51,929 nt of DNA from Octopus bimaculoides (lineage: Eukaryota), in NCBI RefSeq assembly GCF_001194135.2, contig NC_068988.1, positions 69,391,061-69,442,989 on the forward strand, written 5' to 3'. The notes under the pieces are model-generated. The model made no database searches, was not told the DNA's origin, and saw only the letters and a list, made by a program, of their open reading frames with translations. Shown one piece after another: positions 1 through 11,369 of this stretch (positions within the stretch are counted from its first letter, which is position 1; every line of letters starts with the position of its first letter). The translations under genes were made by a program, and so were the position numbers.

Positions 1-21
1 TTAAACGATGATGATATATAT

Positions 22-311
22 ACATGAAAAGACCCAGCAAGCCAAGTGAGATCGTTGCCATTGCCCCTGGATTGGCTCTTGTGCAGGTGGCACATAAAAG
101 ACACCATTTCGAGCGTAGCCGTTTTCGTGCGGGTGACACGTAAAAGCACCCACTACACTCTCTGAGTGGTTGGCGTTAGGAAGGGCATCCAGCTGTAGAA
201 ACTCTGCCAAATTAGATTGGAGCCTGGTGTAGCCATCCGGTTTCACCAGTCCTCAGTCAAATCGCCCAACCCATGCTAGCATGGAAAGCGGACGTTAAAC
301 GATGATGATGA
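22..311 (+). mobile_element. SINE-like repeat family C with (GAT)n tail; 1-15 is the tail of a preceding copy
   Basis: Ends in ggacgttaaacgatgatgatg, the same tail as positions 1-15. Core gtggttggcgttaggaagggcatccagctgtagaaactctgcc recurs inverted at about 8.7, 11.5 and 38.4 kb. Confidence 0.8.
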
Positions 312-781
312 TATATAATTAATATCAAAATAAAAGAAGAAAATGGAGATTTGGTGGTTAATATTTATTAATAAATTGATAATCGTTTCTTCCTACAACT
401 GTTTCCATTTATATAAATTTAATAGATTACAAATTTATGCATTAAATTTGCATTTATAAGTTATGAGCAAAATATTGATCAGATAGGTCGACATGTAATT
501 TTTAATGTCTAACTTTTCCTTGATGATATTTTGTTCCTAACTTAATGCATAAATTTTTTATTTATCAAATGACTCTAAATGGAAACAGCTGTAGGAAGAA
601 ATGATCATCAATTCATTGATAGATAGATATTGAACACGAACTCTCCATTTTCTTATCTTAATACAGATTATATACTTAATATATATCCATTGATGTAGGG
701 AAATTTCATTTCTCAAAGGCATAAGGTATAGAACCAGTGTTTTCTTGGATGTCACCATCATTTTAAGAGGTTAATATATCC

Positions 782-923
782 TCTAATTAACTTGTGTGTG
801 TGTGTGTGTGTGTGCACGCACGTGCACATTTGTGTGTCTATCTATCTATCTAGCTATCTAGATAGATAGACACACAAATGTGCATGCACGCACACACTCA
901 CACACACACACAAGTTAATTAGA
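782..923. repeat. Near-perfect ~140-bp palindrome built around (TG)n/(CA)n and (CTAT)n/(ATAG)n
   Basis: tctaattaacttgtgtg...tgcacatttgtgtgtctatc pairs with gatagacacacaaatgtgca...cacacaagttaattaga. Confidence 0.9.
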
Positions 924-944
924 AGATACCTACCTACCTACCTT

Positions 945-1019
<75 letters not shown>

Positions 1020-1189
1020 GCATACATATACATCAGTGAAAGCTCCTGGTCAGTCAGCAGTCACCACTGAGATTCTCAAAATAATTGATTGAATAGGATA
1101 TGGGCAAGTGACTCAATAGTTAACCAGGTTACAGAGGAACATATCATATGCAGCAACATAGTCAACTCAACTGTTACAAGACTAAAGGA

Positions 1190-1400
1190 GTTGCCTTAAC
1201 TTTAGGGAATAATAGAGAAATTAAACTGCTGGAGCTGGTCATGAAAGCTACAGAAAATGCTACAGAAAATACTACAGCTCACTTCATTAAAGAAGCATTT
1301 AGCTTAGATGAGATGCAGTTTGGTTTCTCATTAGGAAGAAGTACTATGGATACCATTTTCCTAGTGAAGCAACTGCTAGATAAGTACTTAGTTAATTTAA
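1190..1400 (+). mobile_element. RTE-clade LINE reverse transcriptase fragment
   Basis: IKLLELVMK...LDEMQFGFSLGRSTMDTIFLVKQL matches the RT motif QFGF..GRST.DAIF..RQL. Confidence 0.85.
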
Positions 1401-1970
1401 ATAAGACACTGACTTTTGCTAGAAAGGTTTCTTATTTAGCAGACAGAGATATAATTATAATTTTAGCAATGCAGAGTGTGTTTATCTTATTCAGTGACAA
1501 TTACTGTGCTGGGTAATCCATATCCAATAATTATAATATGATATGCATTCATCTGATTTGGCTCCAGTAACTAACCTTATAGGATTATTGCTCTTATGTG
1601 GATTACATAAAGATTTCCTGGACTTAGGGAATGGTGATTTTGTTTTTGTAAATGCAAATTATTCTTTATCTGAACGGGAGAGACTTAGGAAATCCCTCCC
1701 CTAATTTTTCAAGAACAATTTATTTTTAACTTTTGTAAAGAATTTTGAAATTGTAACTTCTTGATATAATTCTTAATTTAAATTCTTATCAATGTTATCC
1801 CTCTCATAAATCTCATTAAATGTTACATTATATAAATAAAAACAAAAAGTGACTAATCTAAATTTATAATAAATAGTCTAGTCAGAAATATTTGAATTAG
1901 AATTTCAAACCTTTCAGCTAATGAAAGAAATGTCAGTGATAATTTGTCCTATTACAATGATGCTTTAAAG

Positions 1971-2199
1971 TAGTGATTCTCCACCATTTTGCATCTGTCA
2001 CTATTGAATCCTATAGCCATTCAATGTTTAAAAAATCCTATTGCATTTTTATAACTAAATATTATTTGGAATTGTATGAAAAAATTGTTAAAATATTTTG
2101 TCAATTGTAGAAGTATAATCAATATATTTCGAATAAATTTTAACAACAAAATCTGATATGGACCCCCTGGGCCATACGGATCCCAATTGAGAACCACTG
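1971..2199. mobile_element. Non-autonomous hAT (Buster/Charlie-type) MITE
   Basis: Termini tagtgattctc...gagaaccactg. Identical 8-bp TSD ctttaaag at 1963-1970 and 2200-2207, with central TA. Confidence 0.85.
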
Positions 2200-2939
2200 C
2201 TTTAAAGCAAAGTGAGTATGAGGAGAAAAAAATATATTTATAATTCTAAATTCAATATTGATTATCCTAAAAATATTAGTACAACTTCTAATGATAAAAT
2301 CATGAATTCTAAAAACAAAATCAGGTTAACAATCTAAATTATTATAGTTAATCAGTTTAATTATAATTCTCCAATTAAGTGTTTGATAAAACATTTTTTA
2401 ATAATCTCAATAATATTAGTCCCTGCCCCTAATTAAATGTTCTAAATATTAAACTGCCTATTAGTAAAATATACACTTCATCAATTAGTGCCTCAAATGT
2501 TACTAATAATTATTCTAAATATAGAAATGAAAATAATTTTCAGTGAGCAATCATAATAACATCAGCAATAACAAGGGAGGGAGGATTGGGAGGNNNNNNN
2601 NNNNNNNNNNNNNNNNNNNNNNNNNNNNNNNNNNNNNNNNNNNNNNNNNNNNNNNNNNNNNNNNNNNNNNNNNNNNNNNNNNNNNNNNNNNNNNNNNNNN
2701 NNNNNNNNNNNNNNNNNNNNNNNNNNNNNNNNNNNNNNNNNNNNNNNNNNNNNNNNNNNNNNNNNNNNNNNNNNNNNNNNNNNNNNNNNNNNNNNNNNNN
2801 NNNNNNNNNNNNNNNNNNNNNNNNNNNNNNNNNNNNNNNNNNNNNNNNAGGGGGAAAAGGAGGGGGAAGAGGAGGGGGAAGAGGAGGGGGAAGAGGAGGA
2901 GGGTGATGATGATGGTGATGAGGAGGAGGAGGAGGCTAT

Positions 2940-3050
2940 AGGTACAAGGCCTGAAATTTTGAGCAAGGTTACTAGTCAACTACATTAACCCCAATGCTTA
3001 ACCGATACTTATTTTATTGACTCCAAAAGGACGAAAGGCAAAGTCAGCTG
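2940..3050 (-). mobile_element. SINE family D 3' fragment
   Basis: Matches ggcacaaggcc...tacttattttattgacccc..aaggatgaaagg of the copies at 17.75-18.4 kb. Confidence 0.7.
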
Positions 3051-3054
3051 TGTA

Positions 3055-3362
3055 GAATCCAATAGGAGTTTATATTTTGTTACTACATACGAACCCCTAT
3101 TGGATAATGGAACTGCAACTGTAACATACTACATATATTTTTATTTTTGTTCTCTTATTTCCCTTTATACTTCCTATATCTATCCTTTTCCAACATAACT
3201 CCTTATACTGAACCCTATTATTTCCCTCTAGTTAACCCTCTCATACTGTCTCTGATGAAGAGATATCTCTAATGTCCCAGAAACAGCTGTAAGACTGCCT
3301 TTCTCTTTATAAATGTCTTATAAATTCCCCACAGCCTTGGCTGTGATTTCTCATTTTATTTA
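3055..3362 (+). mobile_element. Probable PLE 3' end/pLTR containing a hammerhead motif
   Basis: Weak GIY-YIG C-terminal-like peptide (RSLYFVTTYEPLLDN), then a pyrimidine-rich UTR and a hammerhead core at 3245-3297. Confidence 0.5.
3245..3297 (+). ncRNA. Type I minimal hammerhead ribozyme-like motif
   Basis: GUCU-CUGAUGA-A-[GAGAUAU cucua AUGUCCC]-A-GAA-ACAGCUGU-A-AGAC. Stem I is GUCU/AGAC and helix III is palindromic. Confidence 0.6.
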
Positions 3363-3459
3363 ACACACACATTCACACTCACACTCACACACACACACAC
3401 ACACACACAAGCACACACACACACACACAGCTTCATGATAAAGTATTTTACTGCTTTTC

Positions 3460-3574
3460 AACCATGTAGTTTCTGGTACTTTCCCACTGCATGACACTGC
3501 CGCACCTTCACAAATGTCCTCTATGATAAGCTGACCAAAGCCTTGTTATTAGATTCACTAGACAGAAACTGAAA

Positions 3575-3610
<36 letters not shown>
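3460..3610 (+). mobile_element. Degenerate SINE family A 5' part plus (TG)n
   Basis: ctgaccaaagccttg...agacagaaactgaaaga followed by (TG)n, as in the copy at 26503. Confidence 0.6.
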
Positions 3611-4609
3611 ACAGGTGTATGTTCCTATGTGTGTATGCTTGTGTGCGCATGTATGTGTGTGTATATGTTTGTATGTGGGTGCTTGCATCTCCTCTCCAAG
3701 TCCTGACATCATATATACATGCATAGACACACATACACATTCTTATGCATCTACACAGATATTTACATGTATATGAATACGTACCAATCAACTTACACAC
3801 ATGTGCACATATACAGTCAAAATACTTAAATTTTGGATGCACACACATACGAGGGAGAGTCAGAAAGCAATGTCATTCTTATTTGCAATGCTTTCTGACC
3901 AACTTTCGTTTATATAGATTTATATTCAGATATAGATCACTACACAAGTAATAAATTTATGAGAAATTTTTAATATAAAATGAAATAAAATAAAAGATAA
4001 AATGTAATACGTCAAAGTGATAGATTAAAATGATAGATTTAAGTGGTAGATTAAAATATTACAAGATGAAATGAGAATAGATTATTTATAAAGGAAGAAT
4101 ACATAATATTATGGGTAATTATCTTACATGTAGATAGAGACAGGTATAGCATAGTCACAAAAAGATGTAAAAATATCATATATGGATAATTATGCATACG
4201 CATTTATTTACTTACAGAACACTTATATATATGTATATATACATATAAAAAGGAATGTGACAACATTTTATAAGCATAATTTACATTCTCATCTGTAAAA
4301 TAGATATAAAAAGGTTGTTTCTTTGATTTATTCAAAGAAGATAACCTCTTCTTTTACCAGGCTTACATTAGTGACAAAAATTATAGGGGATCGTATTCAT
4401 TACCTGGAAGAAGGAATAATCCTCTATGCCAACGTATTTATATTCAATATCATGATATGTATGTATGTATGAAGGAATGAAGGAATGAAGGAATGAATGA
4501 ATGAATGAATGAATGTATGTGTGTGTGCATGCATGCAAGCATGTGCGTGTATGTGTGTGTGTGTGCATGTATGTATGTATGTATGCCTGTTTGTGTTTCT
4601 GTCTTGATA

Positions 4610-4890
4610 TTATGTGGGTGCTGCAAATGAATATCACCAAGACACAGGCTATGTTTTCCATTTTCATTCTTCCAAAAACACATATCCATCCTTGTCTGTT
4701 ATTAGGTGAATGTTGGCAACAAGAAGGGCATCCAGGCATAAGAAAATCTTGCCTCAATAAATTCCATCAGACCCATGCAAGCAAGGAAAAGCAGGTGGTG
4801 TGATGATTATGATGATGATGATGATGATGACTACGACGACAATGACAATGACGATGATGATGATGATGATAGTGATGATGGTGATGATAT
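4610..4890 (+). mobile_element. SINE family C-related repeat with (GAT)n tail
   Basis: gttggcaacaagaagggcatcca...gacccatgcaagcaaggaaaagc followed by (GAT)n. Confidence 0.65.
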
Positions 4891-7463
4891 GCTTTGAGAT
4901 AAAGATATACATATATAATTTAGGTATTTACTTCATAAGAAGCCAGAACATTTTAAAATTGTAGCTCCTGACTGTACAAGTAAATCATTTAAGCAATCCT
5001 GAGATATACCCTATAAGTTGGTAAAGATGAGGTGAAACTAGTCAAGTTATTTTCCAATTTATTCAGGCCTACATGTTGTGCTTCACATTTAATACAATTA
5101 TCCTTTTCGTAAGAACCCCTTGCGAAATATTACACAATTGCAACTATCATATTTATCCCTTCTCTTTGATCTTCACATCCTCCATCCTTTGTTTTCCCTC
5201 TCACCATTGATCAATGCTTAGTAAAGAAACATCTGATGCTTTGTAAGTTCCCTTTAAAACAACATACATTACACCATAAATCCTTTCTCTTTAAGCTATT
5301 TATCTATCTTAAACACACACTCTCACTCTCACACTCTCTCTCTCTCACACACTCTCTCTCCTTCTTTTTCTGTGTTTCTTTCTCCATTCATCTTTCAATC
5401 ACATAAAAAGAAACTATTTACTTTTGAATTTATAAATTTATTGGCTTTTAAATCAATCATGTTTTCCCATTCTCTGACCTTTACCTTACCTTCTTTCTAA
5501 CTTTCTTCTCTTTTCTCCCTTTTCTTCCTATTTTTCATTTATATATATNNNNNNNNNNNNNNNNNNNNNNNNNNNNNNNNNNNNNNNNNNNNNNNNNNNN
5601 NNNNNNNNNNNNNNNNNNNNNNNNNNNNNNNNNNNNNNNNNNNNNNNNNNNNNNNNNNNNNNTTTTTATTCTGATTTATCTTTCTACCCTTTATCCATCA
5701 GCTAGCTTGGTTCATATACAGAACTGTTTTACCAACTCTTACTCTATTGATTTCCAGCACCCAATCAAAGTATTAATTCACTTTCAAATATTTTATGACT
5801 TTCCAGTGGAACATAAATCATATGTAGATAAATACATTTTCTTTTTTAAATCACTACCACAAGGTGAAATAGGCAAATGTTTTATGAAAAATTCAGCTTC
5901 TGCTATATATTATATGTATGTGTGTGTGTGTTATAGTTCCATGTTCCTCCATATCCCCCTACTTTTGAAACTCATGAAATTGTGAAACCAGTCAAGTTCA
6001 TGTTAATATATTCTCTTAAAGACTCCGAGTGCATTTTCAAATTCATTTCATTACACTTCTACCAGTGCAAAAAAATACATAATTTTCCTGAATGTTTACA
6101 TGTGTGAGTGAATGAGTGTGTGTGTGTGTGTGAGAGAGAGAAAATATAGATGCAATTTAACTATTCATGGTATACTGCCAGTTTCACAGCATTATATAAT
6201 AGCTGTTTGTTATACCTCCATCTTTGTTTATAACTAAAAGAGAAGTTGTTACAGATTGAAGGAAATAATCTTAATGTGAGTTGTGGTAATTTATCTCTTC
6301 ATTGATTGGTTTAAGGTTATCTGCTATATTTTGTGTCAAATATGGTGGCCCACTATTTAATAAATAATCGTACATTTGGCACCACTACAGCTAATATGTC
6401 CAGCAACATACCTCCTCATACACGAATATGAAGTGGCTTCTAACATCTGTATAATGCATATGTGTTGCAGTTATGCCTATATCCATGCATAAGCTGTGCA
6501 TATGTACAGACATAGCTGCACAAGTGGATAGTATCAATTAGTACATTCAAACATACAAATATATACACTCAGACAGTTGTATGTCATCTAATCAAACACA
6601 GATTCACTAACACATTTACATAAACCTCTAGGTATCCATGCATAGATATCTATAAACAAATATCATCATCATTATCATCATTTTAACATCCACTTTTCCA
6701 AGCTTGTATAAATCAGATGGAATTCAGTGAAACAGATTATCTACAGCCTGTTTTGAAGCAAAGTAATATTTTCTCATAGTCAGCCAAGCCATGATTTATC
6801 AGAAGACTGGGAAGGAAGGACAATTCTTGCATAGCAAATTGTATTCATGATAAATAGCAGCTGTTGGCCCATCTATATCTATGAGGTGATCAGAAACACA
6901 TATGACTCTCTGTTTAAGAGGTGGACGAGTACATATACACAGGTGGGCTTATAACAAACATCTATAAATTATATTAGACTGTCCACACACAGTCTTCCAT
7001 ATATGCACTGGAATATGTGAGCACTCTTGCACTCTTTGAAGGGGAGTTATTTATAGTGAGGGTGAAAAAGATAGAGCATTTGGTGGAGAAATAGTTTGGA
7101 GATATCAGGCAAACATGGAAACAGGGAAAAAGAAGGGAAGAGAAATATTGGTACAGGAAAAGAAGATAAGCAAGAAAAGAAGGCAAGTTAGTGTTTTTTT
7201 ACAGAAAGGTGGTATAGTGTTTGGTTGTCTTTGTTGAGTTCTGAATTAGTCTATGTGGTTTAATTTTGTCTCTGGCCTGGTGGAGGCAGTGAAGATGATG
7301 GTGATAGGTTCAAGTACCAAATTAGATCTTTGCTGAAAAGATCAATGGAATAAGTGGAAGATTTTAAAAATAAATACTAGGGTCAATCTGTTTGACTAAA
7401 CCCTTCAAGGTGGAGCCCCAACATGACTGTAGCTCAATGAGTGATGAAAGAAATAAGAAAAAA

Positions 7464-7546
7464 AGAAAGAAAGAAAGAAAGAAAGAAAGAAGGAAAGACA
7501 GATAGGTAGGTAGGTAGCTAGCTAGCTAGCTAGCTAGCTAGCTAGC

Positions 7547-7611
<65 letters not shown>

Positions 7612-7612
7612 G
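7464..7612. repeat. Compound tetranucleotide microsatellite (AAAG)n-(AGGT)n-(AGCT)n-(AGAT)n
   Basis: Read directly from sequence. Confidence 0.95.
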
Positions 7613-7639
7613 GACAGTGATGTAAGGCACAGGCATGTT

Positions 7640-8150
7640 GACAAAGGAAGAAATGCATGTGGCAGATGCACAAGAGAGATTAGCTGCAAGCACAATCATA
7701 AAATGCATTCCTTCAAATGCCCACAAGGTTTCCTCGAAAGAGTTGACAGCTTCTGTTACCTAGGTGACCTGATCAGTAATAGGATTGGGTATTCTGAGAG
7801 TATAGCAGCGTGAATAAGAAAAATAACAGAAAATGTTCAGAGACTGTTACTTCTGCTGGTAACAATGGGTTTCTCTCTCCAAGTGAAGAATAAATTCAGT
7901 GATGTTTATATACAAAGTGTGATAATGGATGATTATGAGACATGGACATTGAATGCAGAAATTAGTGGAAGGTTGGAAACAAGTGAAGCAAGATATAAAA
8001 TGTGAACAACAAAATATAAATAAGTTGAAAGAAAACTGGGTGCAAAGGGAATTGACTGAGCTGTGTGAGTCTGGGGCCTTGATTGTATGGAAGTTACATA
8101 AAGAAATGCTAAGTGATCCAAATGAGTAGAACAAGAAGACATGGAAAAAA
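7640..8150 (+). mobile_element. RTE LINE RT C-terminal fragment (degenerate)
   Basis: LERVDSFCYLGDLI...YETWTLNAE matches the RTE motifs V..F.YLG and Y..ETW. Confidence 0.85.
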
Positions 8151-8584
8151 AAGTGATAAAACCTGAACTAAGGATATTGTACCACTAGTGGGGAGGGGGG
8201 AGTAAAAACAAGACAGATGTAATAAAATGGTAGTGGTGGTGGGGATGACAACAATGACAACAATGACAGTGATGAGGAGGAAGAGGACAATGACAACAAC
8301 AATGAAGAGGAGAAGGATTACATACAACAAAGAAGCCTACTATTACAGAATTGTACTGAATTATTATAAGAAATGCTTAGATTTAAACAGATTTTCGTAG
8401 ACAACATGTCAAGTTAAAAACGAAAAGACAAAACAATGTAAGACATGCAAATGCAAAATAATATTTAGCATTATTTAATATTATTGCTGTCAATTTTTAC
8501 TGCAAAAAAAATACATTTATATTCCTGTTTATTGCGTTTGTTGCTGTTGGTTACAATTTGTGTTGATTTTGGTGTTATTCTTTT

Positions 8585-8880
8585 ACATCATCATCATTAT
8601 CATCATTGTCGTCATTTAATGTCCACTTTCCATGCTGGCATGGATTGAACGGTTTGACTGAGGACTGGCAAGCCAGAAGGCTGTACCAGGCTCCAATCTG
8701 ATCTGGCAAAGTTTCTACAGCTGGATGCCCTTCCTAATGCCAACCTCTCCAAGAGTGTAGTGGGTGCTGCTTTTTACATGCCACTGGCACAAGGGCCAGT
8801 CAGGCAGTACTGCCATCAACCACACTTGAATGGTGCTTTTTACATGCCACTGGCATGGGAGCTAATCAGGCAGCACCAGC
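8585..8880 (-). mobile_element. SINE family C copy
   Basis: Inverse of 22-311: catcatttaatgtccactttccatgc...ctggatgcccttcctaatgccaac. Confidence 0.8.
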
Positions 8881-8890
8881 ATTTTACAAA

Positions 8891-9232
8891 TCTATATATA
8901 TAAAAATGAGAATGTGTGTCTGTCTGTCTGTCTGTCTGTGTGAATCCCTAAAACTCGAGAACTACGCAACCAATTTCATTCAAATTTTACACATGCCTTA
9001 CTTAGGGTTCCAGTTGTGTTTTAGTCAAAAAAAATTATTAACTTCTTGCAGAGTTCGAGCACACGGCAACATAATATCTCCTCCACTATTTAAGTATTAC
9101 GTGTCAAAAGTGAAACAAAAACACTCATGTCAAATACTTTCACTTTAAAAATGAAACTATTCCACTAACTGAAACAATCACATTTCGATACTGTAGTGAC
9201 AGATACTTTCACAGAGAGAGAAAGAGAGAAAG

Positions 9233-9263
<31 letters not shown>

Positions 9264-9265
9264 TG
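8891..9265 (+). mobile_element. Non-autonomous Helitron 5' end; continuation hidden by gap
   Basis: A|TCTATATATATAAAAATGAGAATGTGTGTCTGTCTG: 5' TC after A, followed by a (GTCT)n tract. Confidence 0.6.
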
Positions 9266-9267
9266 TA

Positions 9268-10077
9268 NNNNNNNNNNNNNNNNNNNNNNNNNNNNNNNNN
9301 NNNNNNNNNNNNNNNNNNNNNNNNNNNNNNNNNNNNNNNNNNNNNNNNNNNNNNNNNNNNNNNNNNNNNNNNNNNNNNNNNNNNNNNNNNNNNNNNNNNN
9401 NNNNNNNNNNNNNNNNNNNNNNNNNNNNNNNNNNNNNNNNNNNNNNNNNNNNNNNNNNNNNNNNNNNNNNNNNNNNNNNNNNNNNNNNNNNNNNNNNNNN
9501 NNNNNNNNNNNNNNNNNNNNNNNNNNNNNNNNNNNNNNNNNNNNNNNNNNNNNNNNNNNNNNNNNNNNNNNNNNNNNNNNNNNNNNNNNNNNNNNNNNNN
9601 NNNNNNNNNNNNNNNNNNNNNNNNNNNNNNNNNNNNNNNNNNNNNNNNNNNNNNNNNNNNNNNNNNNNNNNNNNNNNNNNNNNNNNNNNNNNNNNNNNNN
9701 NNNNNNNNNNNNNNNNNNNNNNNNNNNNNNNNNNNNNNNNNNNNNNNNNNNNNNNNNNNNNNNNNNNNNNNNNNNNNNNNNNNNNNNNNNNNNNNNNNNN
9801 NNNNNNNNNNNNNNNNNNNNNNNNNNNNNNNNNNNNNNNNNNNNNNNNNNNNNNNNNNNNNNNNNNNNNNNNNNNNNNNNNNNNNNNNNNNNNNNNNNNN
9901 NNNNNNNNNNNNNNNNNNNNNNNNNNNNNNNNNNNNNNNNNNNNNNNNNNNNNNNNNNNNNNNNNNNNNNNNNNNNNNNNNNNNNNNNNNNNNNNNNNNN
10001 NNNNNNNNNNNNNNNNNNNNNNNNNNNNNNNNNNNNNNNNNNNNNNNNNNNNNNNNNNNNNNNNNNNNNNNNNNNNN
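9268..10077. other. Assembly gap (other gaps at about 2594, 5549, 12529, 18098, 19830, 21506, 24824, 26705, 29007, 49795)
   Basis: N runs, most flanked by microsatellites. Confidence 1.
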
Positions 10078-10328
10078 TCTTGGAAGAGCCCTGCTTCTCA
10101 CATGGACAACTGTATGTTGGCTGCTCAAGAGTGGGCAGCAACAAAAAACCTATTTGTATATGCTCCACAAGGGAAAACAAGGAACATAGTTTACAATGAG
10201 GTGTTATAATCACAACAGCAAGAAAGTATGTACATGATCACCTTCTTTTACGAAACTTCATTGACTTTCATATATTTATATTGATATACATATATATACG
10301 TGTGTTTGGGTGCGTGTGTGTATATACA

Positions 10329-10409
10329 TCTCTATATATAAAGATGATGCGTAGTCTAGACGGCGTTTTTAGATTTCATTATTCTCTTTAACCCGGGTAT
10401 TTCTGCTAG
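10329..10409 (+). mobile_element. Helitron 3' end, possibly a complete 81-bp mini-Helitron
   Basis: A|TCTCTATATATAAAG ... ACCCGGGT (palindrome) ATTTCTG CTAG|T. Confidence 0.6.
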
Positions 10410-10559
10410 TATAACAATAAAAAGACGTAATATAAACATATTAATACCTGTCAGTGGTGTTTCTTCATTAATGATGATGTTTCCAAGGTTTCTAAAAAGT
10501 TGGGAAACTATTTACATTATTTATAATTGATGGATATTTCTCCTCATCTTGTTTGTTGT

Positions 10560-10607
10560 TAACACAATGTTTCAGCTGATATACCCTCCAGCCTTCATCA
10601 GATGAAT
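10560..10607 (-). ncRNA. Degenerate minimal hammerhead motif (copy 1)
   Basis: UUCAU-CUGAUGA-A-GGCUG gaggguauau CAGCU-GAA-ACAU-U-GUGUU. Confidence 0.55.
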
Positions 10608-10755
10608 TGGGGAAATTTCGAACCTGGGTTCTCATTCCCTAGGTATTTTTCGATGTTGTTATTATTATTATTATTATCATTATTCAGGTCACTGCCTGGG
10701 ATCGAACTTGGAACCTTGGGTTAGTAGCCTGCGCTCTTAACCACTACGCCATATG

Positions 10756-10796
10756 CTGATGAAGGCTGGAGGGTATATCAACCGAAATGTTGTGTT
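10756..10796 (+). ncRNA. Degenerate minimal hammerhead motif (copy 2, stem I 5' strand missing)
   Basis: CUGAUGA-A-GGCUG gaggguauau CAACC-GAA-AUGU-U-GUGUU. Confidence 0.45.
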
Positions 10797-11369
10797 AACA
10801 ACAAACAAGATGAGGACAAATATCCATCAATTGTCAATAATGTAAATAATGTACATAATTCCTCATCTCTTAAATATAGAATTGTATTTGTTAATCAGTT
10901 TAATTAGAATGGAGAAAGAATCATGAGTCCCGTCCACTCAGTGTTTAATGTTCAAAATCCTGGTAACTATGACCCAACCATCTTAAGACATGAGTGAAGA
11001 GCCTATCTAATTACAGAGAGATGCTGGTACTCCAATCTGTCACAGTCCACCTTGTCATCTTCATCTCAGGGTATTAGAGGCAATCACATGGATGTCAGTA
11101 GGATTCAACTTCCTTTGTGGAATTTGAACTTATAACACAATGAACTGCAATAAATACAGCAAGTATCTTGTCTAATGATCTAACAATTACACCTCTACTA
11201 CAACACTGGTCTGGTACTTCACTCTGTTGACCCTGAAAGGATGAAAACAAAGTTCAGCTTGGTAGGATTTGAACTCAGAACTTTCACTATATAATGTATA
11301 AAACATACCATCCATAGGTTGCAAAATCAGCAATAACAATAATAAGAGTAATAATAATTTCTTTATTTT

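Larger units (their letters stand above)
10509..10887 (-). mobile_element. tRNA-headed non-autonomous retroelement with inverted PLE-type hammerhead repeats
   Basis: 93-bp inverted repeat (10509-10601 and 10756-10848), each arm with a CUGAUGA...GAAA core. Between them on the minus strand: A box TGGCGTAGTGG (10751-10741), B box GTTCGATCC (10707-10699) and (AAT)n. Confidence 0.75.

Noticed and set aside
10686-10755. Functional tRNA gene
   Set aside because: A and B boxes are present, but acceptor and anticodon stems do not pair properly; it is a SINE-type head.
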